DNA of 64,000 bases from a bacterium. Lineage in GTDB: Bacteria > CSSED10-310 > JAFGSJ01. This document shows, one piece after another, positions 41,301 to 47,797 of the stretch (positions within the stretch are counted from its first letter, which is position 1; each line of letters begins with the position of its first letter). A program made the translations under genes and the position numbers. The notes beneath the pieces were generated by a model. That model saw nothing but the letters and a program-made list of their open reading frames with translations, did not search any database and was not told the origin of the DNA. The stretch is taken from NCBI GenBank assembly GCA_016934675.1, contig JAFGSJ010000051.1, positions 75,387-139,386 of the forward strand, read 5' to 3'.

Positions 41301-41629
41301 ACTTGCCAGGGCGGATTGGGCACGGCGGATGGTCATGGTATACGGGTTCCGCTGCCTGGATGTATCGCGTCTGGGTCGAAGAAATTTTTGGTCTGAAAAT
41401 ACGCGGAAATACCATGCTACTCGATCCGGTTATCCCCAATGGCTGGGGGGGATTTAACATGGACTTCCGTTATGGTGATGCAATCTACGAAATTAGGGTC
41501 GAAAAATCGGTGGAACAACTCGAACAGGGCGTGATTTTGGTTGAGCTGGATGGTCAGCGTGTCAAGGGTGGCGTAATAACTCTGAATCGTGAACTAGTTA
41601 AGCATCGAGTCACCGTCCGCTTTGGATAA
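32384..41629 (+). CDS. ndvB: Cyclic beta-1,2-glucan synthase-like giant protein (3081 aa): N-terminal polytopic membrane region with a GT84 glycosyltransferase domain, and C-terminal GH94 (cellobiose-phosphorylase-like) domains. The start is either GTG 32384 or ATG 32471.
   Basis: GT DxD region LDSDTQLPHDTARRMIE. QRQHRWIRGDWQ motif. Multiple TM helices at aa ~100-130, ~590-640 and ~1010-1100. C-terminal (alpha/alpha)6-barrel signature GTGDWNDGLNLVG and glucoamylase-like repeats, as in NdvB/ChvB/Cgs (~2800-3000 aa). Confidence 0.7.
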   Translation: MVEVGRSVGSQRIPQSVFTPLNEKYKPSNMKKSSIIIAYFTIRDEAFEAIGKLQRKGYHRLACVSKSRVGKLQTRDTFRRRYIRSAIVSLVLLGTLSESVSIWLSPMLFRFQNRIFPFLVGGLVGILINAVWMRRSRFGVKKALLKKYARWLVSGETVIVLQGPIESLRYPFALLLESGEVPPAVFVLHPRREGMVEEDWDIGGTPLNTARLQEHAQRLAAGHKVDPKPHRDAKLLKQLDQMLSHFQRACLDISEAYHLHQSAPPTSEWLLDNEYIFESNTRDVLLNLPRRFFWQLPLLVSEHDQGLPRIYGLARELAFQTDLNLDQDNILAYIQAYQSVQPISIGELWAVPQMLRIALIENIQHIAQQTLSEIREGELANFWANRLITANRHEPNQLFSILAELTENQARPSPSFASQLIDYLYDEGSVLASVQAWLERTLHKSVSELNMRNKNRQNRNQLSIGNAFNSLRNLALLDWKGCFEKLSSVEQILRRDPAGIYSQLDFATRDRYRRVVEELQRGSGRSQDHIAQLALMMAVQAKPDSIRDEVYNHIGTYLIGDKRKDLARLLECHETLRFRAIQWVYRHHTLAYFSGLVILSSAIIYIVFDLSLRTQVLGIQLIITSLLLIPVSQLALEGINNLVIRLLPPRTLPKMDFRETGIPDAYRTLVLVPMMLVDQKTIIAEVEKLEVRYLANKEANLLFGLYSDYQDATQAHCETDGFLLATIVRHIQDLNQRYGRERFFLFHRERKWNETEQKFIGWERKRGKLEEINSLIAGTRSKSADRLVYVGDPDQLANVRFVITLDSDTQLPHDTARRMIETLAHPLNRVRFDDNGQVRSGYSIIQPRVSPSLPSANGSPFSRLFSNPIGIDPYTSAVSDVYQDLTGAGSYHGKGIYDVHAFNRVLSNRFPESLLLSHDLIEGAHVRVGLASDIELFDEFPQDYLSYIQRQHRWIRGDWQIADWIRPNVPNLSGSRTPNPLNFFDRWKILDNLRRSLLPFTGLTLLITSWLLYPRIGLITTLVVVSQIFFHSLVQPFIWAINGQSLKTVSFAQKANDFQRVLVEVALLPYQSWVGLDAVIRVLYRKHISHRKLLEWTSAQATHRGAQAKVPMFLLSMGLVSLFSVMVGYTVQCFRPANFWIASPWLMFWFLSPMIGWLLNRRPQSQQPQFLLTGEDRQFLRNVARRTWRYFSDFVSEETSWLPPDNYQVAYRDQLALRTSPTNIGLYLVSVLSAHDFGYLSVDEVTLKLTLAMKTIDKLERYEGHLFNWYDIQTLAPLKPRYVSTVDSGNLLGALWAMDSGLKSLLQAPLLDRNALSGLYDSGHVLRQAILAKKTIGFNVRILDDLLHELESPLDQIADAPALLRRGLSRLQELSLNAAGSTVTEKSVSYWTDQIKNQFATWQNLVNRYLAWIEILAEKTADEIAGLDENVLQAFRHALQHTPSLIDLAQGNVPCIECFQAILEKTSESDVVLKEWIERLLATFNKSKWLAGEMLAKIEQLRKSLRELSASIDMGFLYNSEHRLFSIGFNVSEGRLDRAFYDLLASEARLGSFVAIARGDIPVEHWFAMNRPYGVIGRRRALLSWTGTMFEYLMPLLFQRLFQHSLLDKSVRDAVAIQIAYGHKHRVPWGISECAFADLDHEKTYQYQAFGVPELGLKRGLADKLVVAPYATMLAVSIVPRESVRNLKRLAELGLLDDYGYCEALDYSQQPSCESERGVIVRAYMAHHQGMSFLSLTNFLHSNSVQHHFRSDKRVLAVEPLLFERIPILPPLHHISTRERVSSIASFGEITPSVSQFDTPHTTTPKTQLLSNGCYYLMLTNAGGGYSRWRNLEITRWRSDRTKDDWGTFCYMHEANSDWLWCNSYQPVCGKVEEYVTNFMLDRALFRRTDYGIETETEVVVVPEDDVEIRRMTLTNRSPRKHIIELTSYIELSLAPHNADCQHPAFNKLFIQTEALPKQRALLAYRRPRSLEDLPIYVAHRFTLAQAPKENLRFETDRRRFIGRGRTLSRPMGALQEPGNSQGFVLDPILSIRQSLTLEPGDRVQVSLILAAGETRAQVIAFMDKYSDPRAIDRTMDLAWASAQLELCLLRIQADDARRFQQLASHLLYPNPLLRSTAERIAQNRKGQTSLWTYSISGDLPIVLVAINDIADLSLVRQMLQAHTYWRRHGLWADLVILNEEVSSYEHPLLEQLEHLIQLYAANTGVDQPGGVFVRSANNIQAEDLTFLRSVASVVMVAARGNLPQQLGQSSETPELPELLNRKRDPRDPSAMLPFLELAYFNSLGGFTADGREYAIYLGPDIHTPAPWANIIANPHYGSLISETGAGFTWQGNSQRNRLTSWSNDPVMDPPSEAIYIRDEDSGIYWTPTAAPIREKIAYRARHGAGYSVFEHNSHGIEQELTVFVPVDDRGGEPIKMQSLLLTNDSPRIRKLTVTYYVEWTLGESRESSQMHIITDWDDEIQAVLARNYYNPDYADQVAFAALSVPTVNYTGDRTSFIGRNRSMSNPMAMERIKLSERTGVGLDPCAGLQITLKLAPGEQAEITCMLGQSTTLKQAHDLITTYRDKQAVKTSLQQTKAWWDVQLSTIRVQTPELAVDFMINRWLPYQNLVCRIWGRSAFYQSGGAFGFRDQLQDVMALLYMQPSLARKHILLAASRQFREGDVQHWWHPPGGQGIRSRISDDFLWLPYVVAQYLRITDDADILGEMVPFIDAPILKDGQIESYQSPTVTQEQVSLFEHCQRAVTHGQTFGRHGLPLIGTGDWNDGLNLVGAEGQGESIWLAWFLADVLHGMAEISGRMDRHDLQKTYEHDRQALIRRIEKYAWDGEWYLRATFDDGSPLGSKVNLEARIDSLAQSWAWLSGGADRKRSIQALESAWQHLVRENERLVLLFEPPFDQAEPSPGYIKGYPPGVRENGGQYTHAALWLAMALARSRDGDRAVKILRFLNPIERTSNPDEVWRYGIEPYVVAADVYNLPGRIGHGGWSWYTGSAAWMYRVWVEEIFGLKIRGNTMLLDPVIPNGWGGFNMDFRYGDAIYEIRVEKSVEQLEQGVILVELDGQRVKGGVITLNRELVKHRVTVRFG

Positions 41630-41723
41630 TAGAACATTATGAAGCGAGAAAAACCCTTTGGGAACATAGGCCGAGTATCTTGAACAGTAACTGGTCGGAA
41701 CAAGTTACGCCACAAGAAAATAA

Positions 41724-43196
41724 TCATGGTTTTCGGATGTTCAATTTTCGCATCCGGGCACGTAAGGTGCTCCGGTCAAGTCCAAGTATCTCAGCCGCAC
41801 TATTTTTCCCGCTTACTTTCCATTGGGTCTGTTCGAGGATTTGCACAATATAGTCGCGCTCAACCGCACTCAACGTTTTTTGACCAAGACTTAAATCCTT
41901 GTACGGCTTTTTAAGCTCATCAACTAACCGCAGTTTGGGACCCGACGAGTTGATCACCGCCCTTTCAAGAACATTTTCCAATTCCCGAACATTACCAGGC
42001 CAATGATAGTTTTGTAACGCGTTCAAGACGCTCGCTGGTATGACTTTAATGGTTTTTCCCAAACGCTTGGATATCTTTTTGACATAAAAATCCACCAGAA
42101 GAGGAATATCATCCAGGCGATCACGAAGTGGCGGCATGGTAATTGGAAAGATATTTAAACGGTACCATAGATCTTCACGGAAACTGCCCTTGTGAACTTC
42201 CTCCTCCAGATTTCGATTTGTAGCTGCAATGATCCTTGCATCAACTTTGATGGATTGAGAACTGCCAACCCTTTCAAACTCGCCATCCTGGACAACTCGA
42301 AGTAACTTTGGTTGTAACTCCAAAGGTAATTCGCCGATTTCATCCAGAAAAAGGGTCGTGCCATCAGCGACTTCAAATCGCCCCAAATGCCTGGATTGAG
42401 ATCCGCTAAATGAGCCTTTTTCATGACCAAATAGCTCGCTTTCAATAAGATTTGAGGGTAGGGTGGCACAATTTACTTTTACCAGAGCCCGATTCTGACG
42501 AGTGCTCAGACTGTGAATGGCTCGGGCTATCAATTCCTTCCCGGTCCCGGTCTCACCAAGAATGAGCACAATAGTATTACTATGAGCTATTTGCTCAACT
42601 TTATACAGCACGTACTTAAGTCCGTCACTATGACCAATTATATTCTCATGATTGTATTCGAGTTTAATTTCTTCCTGGAGATATGCTCTTTCGGCCTCGA
42701 GCTGATCCTTCAGTCTCTTTATCTCGGATAGAGCATCCTCAGCTATTTGCTTTCTCTTTTCCGCCTCCTCACGAGCGACAATGATTTCCGCTGTTCGCTG
42801 GGCTACAAGTTCTTCCAGGTTCTTTTTATAGCATTCCCGATCAGTCACATCTTCTATGGCTAACAGGATGAATTGGGTTTGGTTCGGCTGCCTATAAAGC
42901 CTCCTGGCGTTTAAGCGCATTATTTTTCGCCCGATCTTTTCAAAATTATGGTCTACTTCAAAGTCATTGAACGCGGTATTTTCAGGAAGAATATTTTCCA
43001 ATAGTTCTTTAAGCTTGGGAATATTCCACTGTTGATTACCAAGATCATAGATTAATTTGCCCTTGGTCTCTTCCGGTTTCACTTTGAATGTCTGGTAAAA
43101 GGATTGATTGGTTGTGACAACCTTCAAATTCGAATCCAGAATGACGAATGGTTCTCGCATCGAATCGAGGATGCTCTCAAAAACAAACTGTTCCAT
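41724..43196 (-). CDS. Sigma-54-dependent transcriptional activator with an N-terminal PAS sensor domain (no receiver domain) and a C-terminal Fis-type HTH
   Basis: AAA+ sigma-54 interaction motifs GETGTGKE and ESELFGHEKGSF. C-terminal HTH (AAEILGLDRSTLRARMRKLNI). N-terminal PAS-like region. Confidence 0.8.
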   Translation of the reverse strand: MEQFVFESILDSMREPFVILDSNLKVVTTNQSFYQTFKVKPEETKGKLIYDLGNQQWNIPKLKELLENILPENTAFNDFEVDHNFEKIGRKIMRLNARRLYRQPNQTQFILLAIEDVTDRECYKKNLEELVAQRTAEIIVAREEAEKRKQIAEDALSEIKRLKDQLEAERAYLQEEIKLEYNHENIIGHSDGLKYVLYKVEQIAHSNTIVLILGETGTGKELIARAIHSLSTRQNRALVKVNCATLPSNLIESELFGHEKGSFSGSQSRHLGRFEVADGTTLFLDEIGELPLELQPKLLRVVQDGEFERVGSSQSIKVDARIIAATNRNLEEEVHKGSFREDLWYRLNIFPITMPPLRDRLDDIPLLVDFYVKKISKRLGKTIKVIPASVLNALQNYHWPGNVRELENVLERAVINSSGPKLRLVDELKKPYKDLSLGQKTLSAVERDYIVQILEQTQWKVSGKNSAAEILGLDRSTLRARMRKLNIRKP

Positions 43197-44103
43197 TGTC
43201 CCCCCAGAAGTTGTAAAAAGTGTACCATTGGGTCAAGTAGCGTTGTATGATTGTTTCGAGCATAACAGCCATACGGGCGACATTGCGTTCAATATCCGCC
43301 TGTTTGTCGTTGGTCCAGGAGAAATCGAGAGTATCGTCGACAATGACCCGGAAACTGTCTTCTGATTCGATGACAACAAAGGCCCCCAGCACGGGTGCTT
43401 TACTCATACGGGCCAGAACAATGGGACCGGTTGGGAAAAGGGCCGGTTTTCCAAAAAAAGGGGCCCGAAGACAAGAATGATTGAAGGTGCGGTCTCCCTG
43501 GAGAAGGACAATTTCATTGCGGCGCAAGGCGTCCAGTATTTCGACCGCAGCAAAGGGCGATGATTTCAGGTTGATAATCTGCAAGCCATCCCTGGCCCGG
43601 AAACGGTTCCAGAAATCCTCGATGGTCGGATCATCACTGGGGACCATGACCATATTAACCTTTGTCTTTTTATCGGCCAGGACATGTTTACCCAGCTCCC
43701 AACTACCCAGATGGGCGCTGATCAGAATGACGCCGCGGCCCAATTCGAGGGCCCGGGTCACCTTTTGATATTGCTCAGGCTCCTGAATAACGGTCTTTTG
43801 CCAATAATCATCTGTATACCAGTCGTGCAAAGCGAAGACAACGAGTTGTTTTGCATAATTATTCAACAGTTGCAGGGCCATAATCACGCATTTGAATCGG
43901 GATTGACCGGTGATCTGTTTCAGATTATGCAGACAACCCCGGCGTTCCTGGCGCATATAGACAAAACAAAGCAAAACCGAGATTGAGCGTCCAAGCGTAA
44001 CAAACCAGCAGGGAGCATGGGGCACGACCCGTTGTATAGCTGAAATCCAGAATTGACGGTTGAGATTATGAAAATGCCAGAGTTTCTGCTTTTTATCCGC
44101 CAC
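43177..44103 (-). CDS. Lipid A biosynthesis late acyltransferase (LpxL/HtrB family, lysophospholipid acyltransferase superfamily)
   Basis: HX4E catalytic motif (SAHLGSWE). ~300 aa, which matches the family size. Typical N-terminal hydrophobic segment. Confidence 0.6.
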   Translation of the reverse strand: MADKKQKLWHFHNLNRQFWISAIQRVVPHAPCWFVTLGRSISVLLCFVYMRQERRGCLHNLKQITGQSRFKCVIMALQLLNNYAKQLVVFALHDWYTDDYWQKTVIQEPEQYQKVTRALELGRGVILISAHLGSWELGKHVLADKKTKVNMVMVPSDDPTIEDFWNRFRARDGLQIINLKSSPFAAVEILDALRRNEIVLLQGDRTFNHSCLRAPFFGKPALFPTGPIVLARMSKAPVLGAFVVIESEDSFRVIVDDTLDFSWTNDKQADIERNVARMAVMLETIIQRYLTQWYTFYNFWGDNGTVCF

Positions 44104-44171
44104 TGACTACCCCTCGCTCACTTTGAGAAAAGAGTGTTTCTCTCATCATCTCTCTCATCATCAATTAGTGA

Positions 44172-45635
44172 TCAATCCGTAACTATTGATTGTTCTTTGA
44201 CCGGAACGCGAAGAGTTTCTTTGTCGGGTCGCGATTTATAGGGTTCAAATTTATAAGGTTCAGTTTTCCGCTGTTTCTTTTCAGCCGTACGTGCTCCAGA
44301 ATCTGAGGCCTTGTGATCAATATCCCGGCAGCATCGGAAGCCGGTCCATCTGGTGGGGACATTATTATCCCATTCTTTTGATTCATAGCAGCCAAATTCG
44401 TCTTTCACAGTCCAGTCACCACCTAACTTGTAGTGTTTGCCTGGATTATCCGGGACCTCCGTTCCTGACCATTCCGAGACATTTCCACTCATGTCAAAAA
44501 CACCATAGGGTGAGACACACTTAGGTTTTGTGCCTGAATCAAAAGGCCCTTCGTTCAAATCTTGTTCGGTATAACAGGCATAGGGATCATATTCATAGCC
44601 ATAGGGATAGTTATAACCCTCGTTGCCAGTACACGCCGCCCGCCATTCTGATTGGGTACATAAACGACGATCGTTTCCCTGCTCTTCACAGAGTGAAGCA
44701 GCTTTATACCAGGTCACATCGCTTGTTGGTTTTACACCGAAAACGTTTTGCGATTCATAGCAATTCATATAGAATTGCATCTGCCCTTGGAGGTAACTGA
44801 CATATGCTTCATAGCCGTTAGGATTGCAGCCAAAAGTCGGGGTTGGTGTAGGGGTCAAGGTCCAGGTCGGAGTTGGCGTAGTGGTGATCGTTGCGGTTGG
44901 GGTCGGGGTTGAGGTCGAAGAATGAGACTCCGGGCGGGTCTGATCGTAGATAATCGCACTACCCAGGGCCAGAGCACCCCAAGCCCAGGTAGACCATTTT
45001 TTGTACCAGGCCGTCATTGGAGTCGAGGTTGGAGTCGGTGTCGGTGTCGGTGTCAAGGTTAGCATAATCGTGGCGGAAGTAGCTTCAGTAGGGGTCGGGC
45101 GTGTGCGGTCCCGGTCAATGGTCGCGAGTAGTTTCGAGACAATATCTTGAGCCAAAAGCGGCAAATCGGAGTTCGAACATAGGCGTGATTGAGAAATCGC
45201 AATTCTTTCTGTTTTGGTCGTGACATCGACCAGATACAGTGAAAGATCATATTGAAGACCATCAGCCTCAACCTTACCAGCCAGAATATAGGGGACATTC
45301 AAGGCCAGACCCAGGGTAGCCAATTGATCCGCATTTCGGGGGAAGATCGATTGTTCGACCTTGGCTTCGACCAGTCGACGGATCATACTCTCTTGATCGA
45401 GAACGGTAAAACGCCCGGTTTTCAACAGAGCAGCACGGAGTGATTCGGTCAAAATGTGGCTGACCTCCCGGCTGACACCTGACTGTGGTTGCATCTCAAG
45501 GACAGCACAGTGCATAACCTCTGGAAAGCTGTCTGTTTGTACTGGTTGGGAATTTGTCGATGTCAGCAAACCATGATATATCAGGAGTATTACGAAAACA
45601 CTTGTTACTATTATCGAGGAACGTTTTAAAAACAT
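44172..45635 (-). CDS. Secreted protein with an N-terminal CsgG/LpoB-like module, a Thr-Pro-rich linker (TPTPTPTPTST), and a C-terminal FGE-sulfatase (SUMF1/formylglycine-generating-enzyme-like) domain
   Basis: Signal/TM at the N-terminus. TP-repeat linker. C-terminal motifs YGVFDMSGNVSEWSG and RGGSW-like features of the DUF323/FGE-sulfatase fold. Confidence 0.6.
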   Translation of the reverse strand: MFLKRSSIIVTSVFVILLIYHGLLTSTNSQPVQTDSFPEVMHCAVLEMQPQSGVSREVSHILTESLRAALLKTGRFTVLDQESMIRRLVEAKVEQSIFPRNADQLATLGLALNVPYILAGKVEADGLQYDLSLYLVDVTTKTERIAISQSRLCSNSDLPLLAQDIVSKLLATIDRDRTRPTPTEATSATIMLTLTPTPTPTPTSTPMTAWYKKWSTWAWGALALGSAIIYDQTRPESHSSTSTPTPTATITTTPTPTWTLTPTPTPTFGCNPNGYEAYVSYLQGQMQFYMNCYESQNVFGVKPTSDVTWYKAASLCEEQGNDRRLCTQSEWRAACTGNEGYNYPYGYEYDPYACYTEQDLNEGPFDSGTKPKCVSPYGVFDMSGNVSEWSGTEVPDNPGKHYKLGGDWTVKDEFGCYESKEWDNNVPTRWTGFRCCRDIDHKASDSGARTAEKKQRKTEPYKFEPYKSRPDKETLRVPVKEQSIVTD

Positions 45636-45888
45636 GTTTGGTTTCGGTCCTCCATTTCGATTGCATGACCCGGAGTAAGAAATATGTTAAAAGGTTTTGG
45701 AAATATTCTCTATGTACAGTATTTGAGTCCATTTTGCAATATCCTGGTCCATAAAAAAGGAAATGACACGATCCGGGATAGGCAGAGGACACTTAGACAG
45801 TAAAAAGAATCTGGTATTTCCTTACTATTTACAGAATCGGGATTCCGCTCTATATGACAAGAGGGCAAAAGGGTAAAAGGAGGAACCG

Positions 45889-47550
45889 ATGAGTAGTGCG
45901 TTGATCGCGGTAGGGGGAGCATGCTGGTTGGTTATTGCCTATTTCTGGTATGGCCGTTTTTTGGAAAAAAACATTGTCAAACCTGATTTTTCGAAAGCAA
46001 CTCCTGCTCACACACATTTTGATGGTATCGATTTTCAGCCGACCCGCCCTGAAATTTTGTTCGGTCATCATTTTTCATCGATTGCAGGCGCTGGCCCAAT
46101 TGTCGGGCCGGTTGCGGCTGCTCTGGCTTTCGGATGGGGAGCAGGCCTCCTGTGGATATTGATTGGTGTGGTCTTCATTGGGGCGGTCCATGATTATCTG
46201 GCTTTGACCATCTCGATCCACAATAACGGTCGCAGTGTCTCAGACACGACCCGACAATTGTTGAACACGCGTTCATGGTTTATGTTTCAACTGTTTGTCT
46301 GGTTTACACTGGTCCTGGTCATCGCAGTATTCATTAACGTTGCTGCAAAATCATTTGTGGCCAACCCTCAGATTGTTCTGCCGGCTTTCATGCTCATTCC
46401 CATAGCCATGCTGTTCGGAATGTTTGTCTATCGTTGGCGGGTCCCGGTATGGTTGGGTACAGTCGTTGCCTTGGCACTCTTGACCCTGAGCATTTATCTG
46501 GGGACACTACTCCCGATAAACATGCCTGGAAATTCAGAAACCGTATTGCATATCTGGTATTTGGTCCTGGCATGTTATTGTTGGCTGGCTTCGGTTTTGC
46601 CGGTCTGGTTACTGCTTCAGCCCAGGGATTATATTGCGAATTGGGTCCTGATAATCGGGATGCTTCTTGGCTTCATGGGACTTGTGATCTCCAATTACCC
46701 GATCAACGCTCCCGCCTTTATCGGTTTCTACGATGCGACAAATGGTCCGCTCTATCCCATGCTCTTTATTCTTATTGCCTGTGGGGCCGTTTCTGGATTT
46801 CATTCTCTGGTTGCCAGCGGTACGACCTCGAAGCAGCTTGACACGGAAAAAAATGCGAGATTGATCGGATACGGGGCAATGCTGACCGAGGGTGCTCTTG
46901 CCTTGGTGGCACTATTGGCCGTGACAGCCGGACTGTACTGGAAAGGAACTGCTCCACCAGGTTGCGAGCATCTCGTCTTCCAGGACATAACCGGAGGTCC
47001 GATTGTGGCGTTCGGAACTGGTTTCGGACGTTTTGTGGCACCTTTTTTCGGACTGGCTTTTGGTACTTTAATTGGTATTACCATGTTGAACACATTCGTG
47101 ATCACTACCCTTGATACGGCGACCCGTCTGACCCGTTTTGTCACGACCGAACTGACGGGAGACTCTCTGCCCGCACTCAAGAATCGCTTTGTTGCCTCAA
47201 CCGTGGCTGTTATTCCGGCATATCTGCTCAGTATCAGTGGCGGCTGGCAAACACTCTGGCCCCTTTTCGGGGCGTCGAATCAGATGATCGCAACTCTGGC
47301 CTTGTTTGTAGCCACGGTATATCTTGTTGGATTGGGTCGACCTTCACTCTATACCCTTATTCCCGCTATCTTTATGTTGTTCACTACGGTTTCAGCACTG
47401 ATCTGGCAAGGTTACCAAAATATAATCATCAAAGGAAACCTGTTTTTGGGCGGCCTATGTCTCGTTCTGCTCGTCCTCGCTCTACTGGTCGCTTTCGATG
47501 CCTGTAGCATTTTGAAGGCACTCAAAAGGCGACCGGTGACTGAAACTTGA
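45889..47550 (+). CDS. cstA: Carbon starvation protein A (peptide/pyruvate transporter family)
   Basis: Polytopic protein, 553 aa. Conserved CstA N-terminal region ...YGRFLEKNIV...HHFSSIAGAGPIVGPV. Confidence 0.85.
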   Translation: MSSALIAVGGACWLVIAYFWYGRFLEKNIVKPDFSKATPAHTHFDGIDFQPTRPEILFGHHFSSIAGAGPIVGPVAAALAFGWGAGLLWILIGVVFIGAVHDYLALTISIHNNGRSVSDTTRQLLNTRSWFMFQLFVWFTLVLVIAVFINVAAKSFVANPQIVLPAFMLIPIAMLFGMFVYRWRVPVWLGTVVALALLTLSIYLGTLLPINMPGNSETVLHIWYLVLACYCWLASVLPVWLLLQPRDYIANWVLIIGMLLGFMGLVISNYPINAPAFIGFYDATNGPLYPMLFILIACGAVSGFHSLVASGTTSKQLDTEKNARLIGYGAMLTEGALALVALLAVTAGLYWKGTAPPGCEHLVFQDITGGPIVAFGTGFGRFVAPFFGLAFGTLIGITMLNTFVITTLDTATRLTRFVTTELTGDSLPALKNRFVASTVAVIPAYLLSISGGWQTLWPLFGASNQMIATLALFVATVYLVGLGRPSLYTLIPAIFMLFTTVSALIWQGYQNIIIKGNLFLGGLCLVLLVLALLVAFDACSILKALKRRPVTET

Positions 47551-47797
47551 TGATTGTAGCGATGATCGAGGTTATGAATCATTCTGCTTGGGATGATTCT
47601 TTCTTCTCTGATATCTCGAACCCAAAATACCATAAGTTGATTTTTTTTTTGAGCTATTATACAATTCTTGAAAGAATTATATGTTTACACTTAATAGCTA
47701 GAATTGCACGATCGACCTTCATGGGTTGCCATGAAACCATGGAAGGTCGATCATATGGTTGTATGGATTGAACAAACAATTCCGAGGAAAGCGCTAG

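Noticed and set aside
32802-41323. Numerous 60-130 aa ORFs on both strands inside the 9.2-kb glucan-synthase gene
   Set aside because: They are shadow ORFs inside one continuous 3081-aa reading frame with coherent domain content. None has independent start signals or domains.
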